Assembly: GCA_963727525.1 (NCBI GenBank)
Contig: CAVSGO010000003.1
Span: 160,001 to 224,000 of the forward strand
Source: an uncultured bacterium
GTDB taxonomy: Bacteria > Krumholzibacteriota > Krumholzibacteriia > LZORAL124-64-63
DNA: 64,000 bases
Direction: 5' to 3'
Notes under the pieces: model-generated
What the model was told of the DNA's origin: nothing
Databases searched by the model: none
What the model saw: the letters and a program-made list of their open reading frames with translations, nothing else
Position numbers and translations under genes: made by a program
In this document: positions 39,899 to 49,795 of the stretch, piece after piece
How the letters are laid out: every line of letters begins with the position of its first letter
Numbering within the stretch: position 1 is the first letter of the stretch

Positions 39899-41139
39899 GG
39901 GTTCTGATCCAGAACAGCATCTTCTATCCCGACGTCATCGGTGGCGCCGAGATCTCCAGCCATCTGCTAGCGGTGAAGCTGCACGAGCGTGGCCATGCGG
40001 TGGACGCCCTTGCCACGAGTGGCCGCCGCGACACACCCGACGGTCTGGCCACGCGACCGCTGCCCGGCACAACCGGCCAAGTGTACTATGGCGCGTCGCA
40101 CGGGCTGTACGACCTGTATGGCCCCGACGGGCCACCCGAGCCGCCGGGCATCGTGGTGCGCGGTCTACATCATCTCGCGGCCGTGCGGTCGCCCCGCTGG
40201 CGCCGCCTGGCCGGCGAGGCTCTCGACCGCAGTCGCCCCGACGTCCTGCACACGAACACGATCGTGGGCATGACGCCCATGATCTGGGAGGCTGCGCGAG
40301 AGCGGGGCATACCCATCGTGCACACGCTGCGCGACTACCATCTCCTGTGCCCGCGCACAACATTGCTGCGTTCGAGCGGTCGCGAGTGCGTCGACACGCC
40401 ATGGCCCTGCCGTGCGCTGCGGCGGCTCAAGCTCGATCGCACCGGCGACATCGCCGTGATCACAGCGCCGTCCACCTTCGTGCTGCAACGACACCTCGAC
40501 GCCGGCGGATTTCCCGGCGCGCGCGCTGTGCGCGTGCCCAACTCCTGTGAGACGATTCCCGACACCATTCCCGATCGCCGCCATTGGACGTCGCCGCGGG
40601 GGATCTACCTCGGCCAACTCGACACGCACAAGGGCGTCGACGTATTGCTGGCGGCGCTGGCGCAGCTTGAGCAGAACAGCGCGCATGATCTCGGCTTCGA
40701 TTTCGCGGGCGTGGGGCCACTGGCGACCCGGGTCGAGGCGTTCTGCGCCACGGCGCCTGCACGCTTTCGCTATCACGGCCAGGTGGCCGGGAATACGAAG
40801 TACCAATTGCTGAGAGAAGCCTCATTCCTCGTCGTCCCCTCGGTGTGGAACGACAACTTCCCGCGCACGATGCTTGACGCCTTCGCCTGGGGCTTGCCGG
40901 TGATCGGCAGCGACCGCGGCGGAATCCCCGAGGTCGTCGGGCACGAGCGCGAGGGTGTGATCATCGAACCCGAACCGTCTGCCCTGGCCGCCGCCATCCG
41001 GCGCTACGCCGGCGATCCCGTTCTGCGGGCCCGCCACGGCGAGGCCGCGCGCGCGGCGGCCTCGCTATACACGATCGACAAGCAGGTGGACGCGTTCCTG
41101 GATATCTACGCGTCAGTCGTCGGTCCTGCCGCGAGCTAG
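39895..41139 (+). CDS. Glycosyltransferase family 4
   Basis: GGAE, HTLRDY.LLCP, KGVD, VPSVWNDNFP...PVIGSDRGGIPE. Confidence 0.9.
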   Translation: MRVLIQNSIFYPDVIGGAEISSHLLAVKLHERGHAVDALATSGRRDTPDGLATRPLPGTTGQVYYGASHGLYDLYGPDGPPEPPGIVVRGLHHLAAVRSPRWRRLAGEALDRSRPDVLHTNTIVGMTPMIWEAARERGIPIVHTLRDYHLLCPRTTLLRSSGRECVDTPWPCRALRRLKLDRTGDIAVITAPSTFVLQRHLDAGGFPGARAVRVPNSCETIPDTIPDRRHWTSPRGIYLGQLDTHKGVDVLLAALAQLEQNSAHDLGFDFAGVGPLATRVEAFCATAPARFRYHGQVAGNTKYQLLREASFLVVPSVWNDNFPRTMLDAFAWGLPVIGSDRGGIPEVVGHEREGVIIEPEPSALAAAIRRYAGDPVLRARHGEAARAAASLYTIDKQVDAFLDIYASVVGPAAS

Positions 41140-42578
41140 CTGCTCACCAACCGCACTCGCAGCGCACCCACACGCGATTTCAGGGCGAGCAACGCTCTGC
41201 GTGGCAGGAGTGGCGATGTGAACGCCGAGTCGAACGCCCGGGCGAGCCAGCCGCCGAGAGGGGCCGGCACGGCGTCGATGTGGGCGCGGATCGCCACCAG
41301 GTACCGGAAGAACCGGTGGGCGAACAGCACCTCGCCGTCGGTCAGCGTCGGCTGCTGGATCATGACCATCTCGCTGTTGTGCAGGCCGTGACGGTCGGTC
41401 AGGAAACCGTGCTCGCGGCAGACGCGGTGGCTCTGGGTGCCCGGGAAGGGGTAATAGATGAAGGCCGACATGATCGACGGCCGCAGGCGCGCATTCAGGC
41501 GGATCGTGGCCAGGAGTGTGCGCGGCGTCTCGAACGGCGCGCCGAGGATGTTGTAAGCCACCGTCTCGATACCCTGCGCGCGGAAGGCGTCGAACGCCTT
41601 CATGATCGTGGCGTTGGACTGTCCGCGCCGCAGTACCCGGTTCGCGATGTCCTCGTCGCCATTCTCCACGCCCATGCAGATCCGCTCGCAGCCGGCTTCC
41701 CGCAGCAGGCGGGGTACGTCGTCGCCGCCGAAGCCCGGACGCATGTTGCCCGTGAATGGCAGTCCGACGCGTGCGCGGTAGAGCGCGGAGAACTCGGTGA
41801 GCCACGCGTGATCGCGGCAGAGGATGTTGTCGTTGAAGACCAGCGATGTGATGCCGGGATACTGCCGGATCAGACCCTCGATATAGGCGATCGCGCGCGG
41901 CGGCGACATGAAGCGGACGTAATGCCGCCGGTCAGGGTAGGCGTCGCGCAGCGAGGCGTTGGCGCAGTACGTGCAACTGAACGGGCATCCGCGCGACACC
42001 ATCACGGGCAGGCGCCGGTGGCGCGCGTCGTAGAGCGATGCGTAGTCGTAGATGGAGTAATCGGGGAACGGCAGCGCGTCGAGGTCCTGCACCAGCGGGC
42101 GCGGGGGATTGCAGCGAATGGTGCCGTCGTCGGCGCGGCTCCAGGTGCCGAGCGTGGTGCTGGGATCGCCGGCGCCTTCGAGCCGGGCGCAGAGGTCGCG
42201 CAGCGTGAGCTCGCCCTCGCCCGTGCAGACATGGTCGACCTCGGGCACGGCCATGACATCCATCGGGTCGAGGATCGCATGCACGCCCCCGACGATGATC
42301 GGCGCGCGGCTCACCTCACGGGTCCAGCGGATCCACTCCCGCACGATGGGGAAGAAGTGCGTGATCGATGTGAAGCCCACCAGATCCGGAGCCGTGGCTT
42401 CCAGACGTCGCACGAAATCGGCCCGGGCCGGGGGGCAGGTGAGGTGGATCAGCGTGACAGTGTGGCCCTCGGCGTGCAGGACGGCGGCCATCGAGGCGAG
42501 CCCGTGGGCGAAGGTGCCGCCATAGGCGCCGGCGAAGTGTGGCAGATCGGGCAGCACGAAGGTGACGCGCAGGCTCAT
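41136..42578 (-). CDS. Cobalamin-binding radical SAM enzyme (class B methyltransferase-like)
   Basis: N-terminal B12-binding domain (PDLVGF...GGVHA...GEGE) and SRGCPFSCTYC. Confidence 0.9.
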   Translation of the reverse strand: MSLRVTFVLPDLPHFAGAYGGTFAHGLASMAAVLHAEGHTVTLIHLTCPPARADFVRRLEATAPDLVGFTSITHFFPIVREWIRWTREVSRAPIIVGGVHAILDPMDVMAVPEVDHVCTGEGELTLRDLCARLEGAGDPSTTLGTWSRADDGTIRCNPPRPLVQDLDALPFPDYSIYDYASLYDARHRRLPVMVSRGCPFSCTYCANASLRDAYPDRRHYVRFMSPPRAIAYIEGLIRQYPGITSLVFNDNILCRDHAWLTEFSALYRARVGLPFTGNMRPGFGGDDVPRLLREAGCERICMGVENGDEDIANRVLRRGQSNATIMKAFDAFRAQGIETVAYNILGAPFETPRTLLATIRLNARLRPSIMSAFIYYPFPGTQSHRVCREHGFLTDRHGLHNSEMVMIQQPTLTDGEVLFAHRFFRYLVAIRAHIDAVPAPLGGWLARAFDSAFTSPLLPRRALLALKSRVGALRVRLVSS

Positions 42579-43792
42579 GGGCGCATCCTGCGCGCCGCGG
42601 CAGTGAGCAAGGCGTCAAAAAATGGCCCAGGATCGCGCGGCGTCAGGCGGGCCTCCACGCGCACGGCGCCCAGGCTGCCCAGCCAGGCGCGCCAGGGCAC
42701 CGCTTCGCGCGTCGGGCCGTCGCGATGCCCTACGCGGTGGAGCATGTCCATGCGCATGTCCACCCACATCGTGCCGGGCCGGGCGGTGGCCGGAGCCGGC
42801 GCGGACAGGCCGAGCAGATCGCAGTACGCGCGGTGGGGGAGGTTCACGCCGGCGGCCGTCGCCATCTGGATCCACATCCAGGCGCGGGGATTGATCTCCA
42901 TCAGGTACGGTACGCCATCGCGTTCCTTGAACTCCATGTTGCCCAGGCCGACGAAGCCGACCGCGCGGATGAACCGCTCGCAGAGCGCGAGGAGCCCTTG
43001 CTCGGAGGTCGAGCGTCCGAGCGTGCACGTGCCGAAATCGGCCGGGTATTGACGCAGCTTGCGACCGGTGTGCCAGCCGCTCAGGCGTCCGCTGCGATCC
43101 ACGTAGAAGTCGACGGCCATGAGGTTTTCCGTGGGGCCGGTGATCTCCTCCTGCACCAGAATCACGAAGTCGTGGGCTAGGGCTTCCGCGGCGAGATAGC
43201 GCACGGCGGCGGGCGACGAGGCCCGGAGCGCCTTGGTTTCGAAGATCCGGAAAAACTCCATGTTGCGCGTGGGGTGGTCCGGGCGCAGGTCGAACTTGGC
43301 CACCGGCTTGATGACGTAGGGATAACGCGAAAGCCGCGGGACCAGCGCGTCAACGTCGCGCATGTCCTGCGGGTGGTAGGTTTCGGGTACGGGAAGACCG
43401 ATCGCGGACGCCATTTGCAGCATGAGCGCCTTGTCCAGACAGGGCGCGAATCGTTCCAGAGGCATGAACGGGAAGTGCACGACCGAAGCGAGTTGCGCCG
43501 CGTGCTGCTGGATGACGAGGGCGTGCAAGTCCTGGGTGGCGAAGAGCACGGGCGCCTCGGGCAGATCACGAGCCAGGGCCAGGATCGCCGAGACGAAAGC
43601 CTGCGCATCGCGATCGGGATCTGGCACCACCGCGAACTGGCAAAGACGTGAGCGGCGCAGCGGCGACGGTGCGTGGTCGAGGGCGAGCACCGGTACACCC
43701 TGCTCGGCGAGGCTGCGGATGATGCCATAGGCATTCGGGGCGGAGCCCGGCACCACCAGGGCTGTCGGACGCATGATATCTTTCATGGACAT
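42575..43792 (-). CDS. ATP-grasp carboxylate-amine ligase (D-aspartate-ligase-like)
   Basis: GIIRSL, YPYVIKP, VQEEITG, RKLRQYP..FGT, EFK...YLMEINPR; SD ggggg before ATG 43792. Confidence 0.8.
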   Translation of the reverse strand: MSMKDIMRPTALVVPGSAPNAYGIIRSLAEQGVPVLALDHAPSPLRRSRLCQFAVVPDPDRDAQAFVSAILALARDLPEAPVLFATQDLHALVIQQHAAQLASVVHFPFMPLERFAPCLDKALMLQMASAIGLPVPETYHPQDMRDVDALVPRLSRYPYVIKPVAKFDLRPDHPTRNMEFFRIFETKALRASSPAAVRYLAAEALAHDFVILVQEEITGPTENLMAVDFYVDRSGRLSGWHTGRKLRQYPADFGTCTLGRSTSEQGLLALCERFIRAVGFVGLGNMEFKERDGVPYLMEINPRAWMWIQMATAAGVNLPHRAYCDLLGLSAPAPATARPGTMWVDMRMDMLHRVGHRDGPTREAVPWRAWLGSLGAVRVEARLTPRDPGPFFDALLTAAARRMRP

Positions 43793-43956
43793 TTGCGATC
43801 CCCCTATAGCATTCCGTGACGATGATACCATTGTTTCGAGACGCCGGTCAATCGCGATGGGCGCACGATGCCCGCCGCTTGGCGGTTGCTCGGAGTGGGC
43901 GGGCTGGTACAATGCCTGCTGGCATTGATCGTCATTATCGAAATGTGGCGGGGCTG

Positions 43957-45039
43957 ATGGGCTTGACGATCCGGCGGCGGCGCCTGCGAGGCGCGGCGTT
44001 TGCGGGCGTGGGCCTTGCGCTCGCCGCCACGCTGCTCGTGAGCGGCTGCGGCGGCCATGACAACACCGCGCCGCCGCCGTGCCAGGACGTGGCGATCGCC
44101 CTGGAGAACATCAACCGTTTCAGCGCGCGAGCCGGCGTCGTGATGATCCATGAGGAACTGCCCTGGGCAGATCTGCTCGCCGGCATGGCGGTGGGCGATA
44201 TCCTCGCGCGCGACAAGGTCGATCTCGTGAACTACCTGCGCGGCCGCGGCCTGCGCCTCCTCTTCATGGCCGACCTCAGCGATGGTCTTTCGCGGGGGCA
44301 GGAGCCGCCGCAGCTGCGTGACGCCGGTCGCACCATTACCGAACCTGCGGTGCAGCAGCTCTACCGCGACTACGTGCTCGGTTTCGTGCAGACATTTCAC
44401 CCCGACGTCATCGGCCTCACCTCGGAAACGAACCTGGTGCGCGCCTCCGCGCCGGCGAATGTTTACGAGGCCGTCGTGGCGGCCGCGAACGCGGCGGCCG
44501 CGGATCTGGCGGCGGCCCCCGCGACGGCGCCGCTGATGATCAGCGTGCAGGTGGAGACGGCGTGGGCCGTGCTCGGCGGTCACGGGCCGTACGTGGGCAT
44601 CGCGCAGGACCTCGTCTGCTTCCCCTTCATCCAGGTGCTCGGGCTCGCCTCGTATCCGTATTTCGGATACCCGCAGCCTGCGGACATTCCCGACGACTAT
44701 TTCCAGCGGGTCACGGCCGGTGCCGCGGTACCGGTCATGCTCTGCGAGCGCGGCTGGGCGAGCGCCTCGATCGATACGCTCGTCTCGTCGCCTGCGATGC
44801 AGGCGAGCTACGTGCGCGAGCCGGCCGGTCTGCTCGACTCCGTCGACGCCACGGCAGCGGTGCAGACGCTCTTCACGGACATCGACCTCGACAGCCTCTC
44901 CGACCCCTACCCGCCGCTCCTGCCGCTCTTCACCACCGTGGGCCTCATGGAACTCTCGGGCGACACCTTCGTGGCGAAGCCGGCGCTGACCGTCTGGGAC
45001 AGTCCATGGGCCCTGCAGCGGGCGGACGCGTCGCGCTGA
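43957..45039 (+). CDS. Lipoprotein, putative TIM-barrel glycoside hydrolase
   Basis: Lipobox LVSGC; SETN and CERGW positioned like clan GH-A acid/base and nucleophile residues. Confidence 0.55.
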   Translation: MGLTIRRRRLRGAAFAGVGLALAATLLVSGCGGHDNTAPPPCQDVAIALENINRFSARAGVVMIHEELPWADLLAGMAVGDILARDKVDLVNYLRGRGLRLLFMADLSDGLSRGQEPPQLRDAGRTITEPAVQQLYRDYVLGFVQTFHPDVIGLTSETNLVRASAPANVYEAVVAAANAAAADLAAAPATAPLMISVQVETAWAVLGGHGPYVGIAQDLVCFPFIQVLGLASYPYFGYPQPADIPDDYFQRVTAGAAVPVMLCERGWASASIDTLVSSPAMQASYVREPAGLLDSVDATAAVQTLFTDIDLDSLSDPYPPLLPLFTTVGLMELSGDTFVAKPALTVWDSPWALQRADASR

Positions 45040-45097
45040 CCTATCTTGGCCCGGAGAGTCACGAGAGGTGCGGATCCCTGCCAGAGCGGAGGTGACC

Positions 45098-46099
45098 ATG
45101 GAATACACACGACTGGGCAACACGGGCCTGACGGTCTCGCGCATCTGCCTCGGCTGCATGAGCTACGGTGATCCGAACGCGACCATGCCCGGCGAGACCA
45201 TGCGCTGGGAGTGGGCGCTGCAGGAGGACGACGCGCGGCCGTTCTTCAAGCGCGCACTCGAGCTGGGTATCAACTTCTTCGATACGGCCAACGTGTATTC
45301 GTTCGGCGCCAGCGAGGAAATCACCGGCCGGGCGCTGCGCGACTTCGCGCGACGCGAGGAGGTGGTCATCGCCACCAAGGTGTGGGGCCGCATGCGTCCG
45401 GGTGCGAACGGCCGTGGTCTGTCGCGCAAGGCGATCATGCACGAGATCGACGCGAGTCTCGCGCGCCTGGGTACCGACTACGTCGATCTCTATCAGATCC
45501 ATCGCTGGGACCCCGCCACACCTATCGCGGAGACGATGGAAGCGCTGCACGACGTCGTACGCCAGGGCAAGGCGCGCTATATCGGCGCCTCGTCGATGCA
45601 CGCGTGGCGGTTCGCCAAGGCGCAGCAGGTGGCCGAACGGAACGGCTGGACCCGCTTCGTGTCGATGCAGAACCACTGGAACCTGATCTACCGTGAAGAG
45701 GAGCGTGAGATGGCGCCGCTGTGCGTGGATCAGGGCGTGGGCATGATTCCCTGGAGCCCGCTCGCGCGCGGCAAGGTGGCGCGACCCCCGCAGGCCGGTG
45801 GCACGAAGCGCACCGAGACCGACCGCTTCACCCGTACTCTCTACGATGCGACGGCCGACGCCGACCAGCGCGTGATCGCCGCGCTCGACGAGCTCGCCCG
45901 GGCCCGCGAATTGCCGCACGCCCGGATCGCCCTCGCCTGGTTGCTGCAGAAGGACGGCGTGGCGGCCCCCATCATCGGCGCGACCAAGCTGGCCCATCTC
46001 GAGGATGCGGTGGCGGCGGCCGACGTCACGCTCACGGCCGACGAGGTCGCGAAGCTCGAGGACGCGTACTTGCCGCACGCCGTCGCCGGTTTCGCGTAG
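45098..46099 (+). CDS. Aldo/keto reductase
   Basis: LGNTGLTVSRICLGCM, FFDTANVY, IATK, DLYQIHRWD, PWSPLARG. Confidence 0.93.
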   Translation: MEYTRLGNTGLTVSRICLGCMSYGDPNATMPGETMRWEWALQEDDARPFFKRALELGINFFDTANVYSFGASEEITGRALRDFARREEVVIATKVWGRMRPGANGRGLSRKAIMHEIDASLARLGTDYVDLYQIHRWDPATPIAETMEALHDVVRQGKARYIGASSMHAWRFAKAQQVAERNGWTRFVSMQNHWNLIYREEEREMAPLCVDQGVGMIPWSPLARGKVARPPQAGGTKRTETDRFTRTLYDATADADQRVIAALDELARARELPHARIALAWLLQKDGVAAPIIGATKLAHLEDAVAAADVTLTADEVAKLEDAYLPHAVAGFA

Positions 46100-46263
46100 G
46101 CCCGCGCCTTCGCCGCGAAGTTCTTGGTTCATGGCGCGTCCGGGTGTCTTGAATATATAAAATCATCGACCCGTCTCCACCCGCCTGTCACACGATGCGC
46201 CGCGATTCGTACCGACTCATGCTACCGGTGTCCGGACCACACCTTGGCAATGGAGGTCAATTC

Positions 46264-48963
46264 ATGGCAGCGCAATACGAATTCCCCGGGACTGCGCGGC
46301 GGTGGCAGGACCGCAGGTCGCCCTATCGATCCTGGGTCGCGATTCTGGCGGTGCTGCTCGCGCCGGCGATCGCCGCGGCGGTCAGCCCGCCCGAGCCGCT
46401 CGCAGGCAGCTTTCTCGCGGGAGACGATACCCCCGCGGCCGCGCTCGGCAACCAGGACGAACCTGCGATCGCGCGTGGCGGCGACCAGTATCTCGTCGTC
46501 TGGACCGATAATCGCACCAGCTACGACGACGCCTCGGGGCAATCCGGCAGCAAGCGCGATATCTACGCCGCGCGGCTCGATGCCGACGGCAACGTCATCG
46601 ACACCACGCCCATCGTGGTCACCGGCGCGCCCGGCGATCAGTACGATCCGCACGTGGTCTGGAACGGCAACAAGTGGCTGGTGGTGTGGACGGACTCGCA
46701 ACCCTCGAACGCGTATTACCACCCGATCAAGGCCGCGCGCGTCTCGGCCGGCGGCCAGGTGCTCGACAGTACGCCTCTCACGCTCTGGGCGCCCGACTAC
46801 ACCTCCGAGCATCTCTTCGGTGTGGCGAGCGACGGGCAGAACTGGGCGGTCGGTATCACGGACGAGTACTACAACGGCCTCGCGACGAATGTCCGTCTCG
46901 TCGCGCGGCGCGTGATGGACAACGGATCCGTGGGCGCGGTGAGCGGCGTGTTCTCGCCCTCGTCAGGCGTATTCTTCGGTAGCGAGGCGCTGGCCTGGAC
47001 CGGCACCCAGTACCTCGCACTCGTGTACGGGTACGTCGATAGCACTTACTTCGGCATCATGGGCATCCGGCTGACATCGACGCTCTCGGTCATCGATTCT
47101 TACCCGTTCCCGATCACGCAGACGACGTGGGCGAACAATGACTATTACCTCAATCCGGGATTCGGGACCAACGGCGACGAGCTCTTCGTGGTGTGGGAGT
47201 TCCAGCACAACGCCGGCACGTCGCAGATCTACGGGGCGCGCGTCGATGGCGATGGCAACTCTCTCGACGGCGACGGGTATCCGGTCGCTAGCGGCTTGCC
47301 GTCGACGTTCGACACGGTGCCGCGGGTCGCGTGGGACGGGTCCCAGTGGATCGTCGCCTGGCCGCAGGACGGGGCGTTCACGATGGCGCGGATCTCGGCC
47401 CTCGGCGGTGTGACCTCGCCGGTCGTACCCGTACCCGGCGCCAGCGACGGTGCGATCGTCGCGGCGACGGGTGGCGGCACCCGCTACGTGTGGCCCGAGG
47501 ATCGCGTGGGCGGCACGTTGCCTCTGGATCTCTTCACGGCGCGACTCGATGGCGTGCTGGTGCCCGGCCCCGACCATCCGGTGGCGCTGGGCGCACCCTT
47601 CCAGACGGAGGCCGCCCTGGCCGTCGCCCCCGATGGCTATCTTCTCGTCTATCGTAGCGACACCTCCGGCGATACGCGCATCATGGCCCGCGCGCTCACG
47701 GTCGACGGCAGTCCCGTGGCGACCGACGCCGTCGTGCTCGCGTCCGGCGACGTCGACGATCCGCGCGCGGCGTACAGCGAGGGCAAGTACCTCGTGGCGT
47801 GGAACGCGGCGGGCGAGGTTCAGGCGCGCCGCCTCATGGCTGATGGCACTCCGATCGATGCGGAGCCGGTGATGGTCCTGGCGGGCCACGACGCCGACGT
47901 GGCGGGATACAGCGGGGGCGACCCGGGCGGCATCTTCCTGGTCACGGCCGCCAGCGGCAGCGGTGCGGCGTCCCGGACCATCGCGGCGCGCGTGGCCGGC
48001 GATGGCACCCTGCTCGACGCGACGCCGTTCGTCCTGGCGGGCGATCATGCGTTCTTTCCGCGCGCGATCCAGCACGGTGTGAACTGGCTCGCGGTCTGGG
48101 AGTCGACCGGCCACGGCAACGGCGGCGAGATCGACGGCGCCCTCATCGCCACCGGCGGCGGCTACGCGCCGTTCCATTTCACCTCCGACACCGACGGCCT
48201 GGCGGCGCACCGTCCCGCACTTGCGGGCAACGACACGACGCTCGTGATGTGGCACGATCCGCGCGGCAATGGCGACATCTATGGTCGCCGTCTGCTGCCA
48301 AGCCTCGATTCCTTCGACGCGGCCGGCGGCATCGCGTTGCTGTCGGGAGCCGGCACGCAGGATCAGGGCGAGATAGGCTGGGACGGCTCATCGTATCTGA
48401 TCGTGGCGCGCGACGACCGTGGCGCCTCTCCCTACGACCCGCGCACCGACGTCTACCGCAACTTCGTGCAGCCGCTGGCTTTGATCGCCAATCCCGCGGG
48501 CACGCCACTCTTCACGACGGATGTCGACGAGAGGGACCCGGCCGTGGCCGGCGGAGCCGGCTACACCGGAGGCGCGGTGTACGTGGCCAGCGTCTTCGAC
48601 CCGGCCGCCCCGTATGCGGCACTGCGCCTGCTCGTGAGTCCGACGGTGAGTCCCACGCCGGTGGCGGAGAACGACACACCGCGGCCGGCGCGTCTGCTCT
48701 CGGTATTTCCCAACCCGGCGAATCCGGCGGTGGAGATACGCTTCCGGTCTGCAGCGCCTGGCGACGTGGCCATCGACGTGTTCGATGTGCGCGGCCGACG
48801 CGTCCGCACGCTCCACGCACTCGCGCCGTCGACCGGCGAGGGCCAGGTGCGCTGGGACGGCACCGATGACAGCGGCCGTTCACTGGCCTCGGGGACGTAT
48901 CTGCTGCGGATGCAATCCGCCGGCGGACGTGCCGGCATGGGGCGCGTGGTGATCGTGCGCTGA
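46264..48963 (+). CDS. Secreted repeat (beta-propeller-like) protein with FlgD-Ig/T9SS-like domain
   Basis: SD ggagg and signal peptide; repeats of Q..P.V.W.G..YLVVW.D.R...IY.AR; C-terminus PNPANP...GRVVIVR. Confidence 0.82.
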   Translation: MAAQYEFPGTARRWQDRRSPYRSWVAILAVLLAPAIAAAVSPPEPLAGSFLAGDDTPAAALGNQDEPAIARGGDQYLVVWTDNRTSYDDASGQSGSKRDIYAARLDADGNVIDTTPIVVTGAPGDQYDPHVVWNGNKWLVVWTDSQPSNAYYHPIKAARVSAGGQVLDSTPLTLWAPDYTSEHLFGVASDGQNWAVGITDEYYNGLATNVRLVARRVMDNGSVGAVSGVFSPSSGVFFGSEALAWTGTQYLALVYGYVDSTYFGIMGIRLTSTLSVIDSYPFPITQTTWANNDYYLNPGFGTNGDELFVVWEFQHNAGTSQIYGARVDGDGNSLDGDGYPVASGLPSTFDTVPRVAWDGSQWIVAWPQDGAFTMARISALGGVTSPVVPVPGASDGAIVAATGGGTRYVWPEDRVGGTLPLDLFTARLDGVLVPGPDHPVALGAPFQTEAALAVAPDGYLLVYRSDTSGDTRIMARALTVDGSPVATDAVVLASGDVDDPRAAYSEGKYLVAWNAAGEVQARRLMADGTPIDAEPVMVLAGHDADVAGYSGGDPGGIFLVTAASGSGAASRTIAARVAGDGTLLDATPFVLAGDHAFFPRAIQHGVNWLAVWESTGHGNGGEIDGALIATGGGYAPFHFTSDTDGLAAHRPALAGNDTTLVMWHDPRGNGDIYGRRLLPSLDSFDAAGGIALLSGAGTQDQGEIGWDGSSYLIVARDDRGASPYDPRTDVYRNFVQPLALIANPAGTPLFTTDVDERDPAVAGGAGYTGGAVYVASVFDPAAPYAALRLLVSPTVSPTPVAENDTPRPARLLSVFPNPANPAVEIRFRSAAPGDVAIDVFDVRGRRVRTLHALAPSTGEGQVRWDGTDDSGRSLASGTYLLRMQSAGGRAGMGRVVIVR

Positions 48964-48989
48964 GTCGGTCTGCTTATCGTACGCCTTTC

Positions 48990-49024
48990 GCGGGTCCCCG
49001 GTCGGCGCCGGGGACCCGCCTTCT
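48990..49024 (+). terminator. Probable intrinsic terminator
   Basis: 12-bp stem gcgggtccccgg/ccggggacccgc followed by cttct, 26 nt after the stop. Confidence 0.6.
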
Positions 49025-49291
49025 GGTGCCGGCGCCAGCCGCACCGGGCCGAGAATCACGATAGAAATTGTGGTATACCCGCCGTCACCCGCGATGGTTC
49101 GCTGGTCCTGCTCACCAACCGGATGACGGACAAGGTCGTATCCATCGCCCCGCGCACCAGTACAGCGCAGCGGTCGGTGCATCACCAGGGCTCCGGCAAC
49201 CCGGCGACGGCGGTGACGCAGGATGTGGCGCGGGCCGTCTGCGGTAAGATCGAATCACGAGTTCGCCCGCGAGCGTCGAAGCACGTCATGA

Positions 49292-49479
49292 TATATCCCA
49301 CCCTATTCACGCTATCGCTACTGCGGCGGCGTCACGGTCTCTGTGAGCGGGCTTTCTCGGGTTTGCTTCGGTCACCGTACCGCTGTGGGTACGGCTCCCT
49401 CACAAACCCTGCGAGATCCCGCTCGCAGAGGCCGTTCCACCCGCCTCGCTACGCGATAGCGTGAATAAGGTGGGATATA
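49292..49479. mobile_element. ERIC-like MITE / long-hairpin repeat
   Basis: 27-bp terminal IRs tatatcccaccctattcacgctatcgc / gcgatagcgtgaataaggtgggatata (one mismatch), TA at both ends, self-complementary interior. Confidence 0.7.
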
Positions 49480-49697
49480 CCTGACTATTTGTAGTTATTG
49501 ATATTTGCGCGGCTGGTCGGCGACCCGACGTCGAAAACCGTAAAACAGGTCTTTCCGAGTGTTCTGGTGCTGGTTGGCGTGGTGTGCGGATGACTTTGCG
49601 ACCGTCACGACACGCGACATTTTTGCTCGTTGAAATCGAGGTCGAGACGCAGATTGCAAGATGCGGCAGCAAATCCACCTTCGAAACTTCCGTATTC

Positions 49698-49726
49698 TTG
49701 ACTCACCTCCTGGCAGGAAATAGGTT
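49698..49726 (+). promoter_or_regulatory. Putative sigma70 promoter of the nuo operon
   Basis: TTGACT-N17-TAGGTT, 70 nt upstream of nuoA. Confidence 0.55.
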
Positions 49727-49795
49727 TGCCCGCAGCGGTCGCGTCCGGGGTGACGTTTCGCTCCGTCGAGGGTGCCCTTCCGCCGAGGTAACGCC

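Noticed and set aside
41136-43792. RiPP (graspetide/rSAM) cluster
   Set aside because: No precursor peptide, RRE or peptidase/ABC transporter; the context is polysaccharide biosynthesis.
49123-49464. 113-aa ORF upstream of nuoA
   Set aside because: Runs through the hairpin MITE and has no coding signature.
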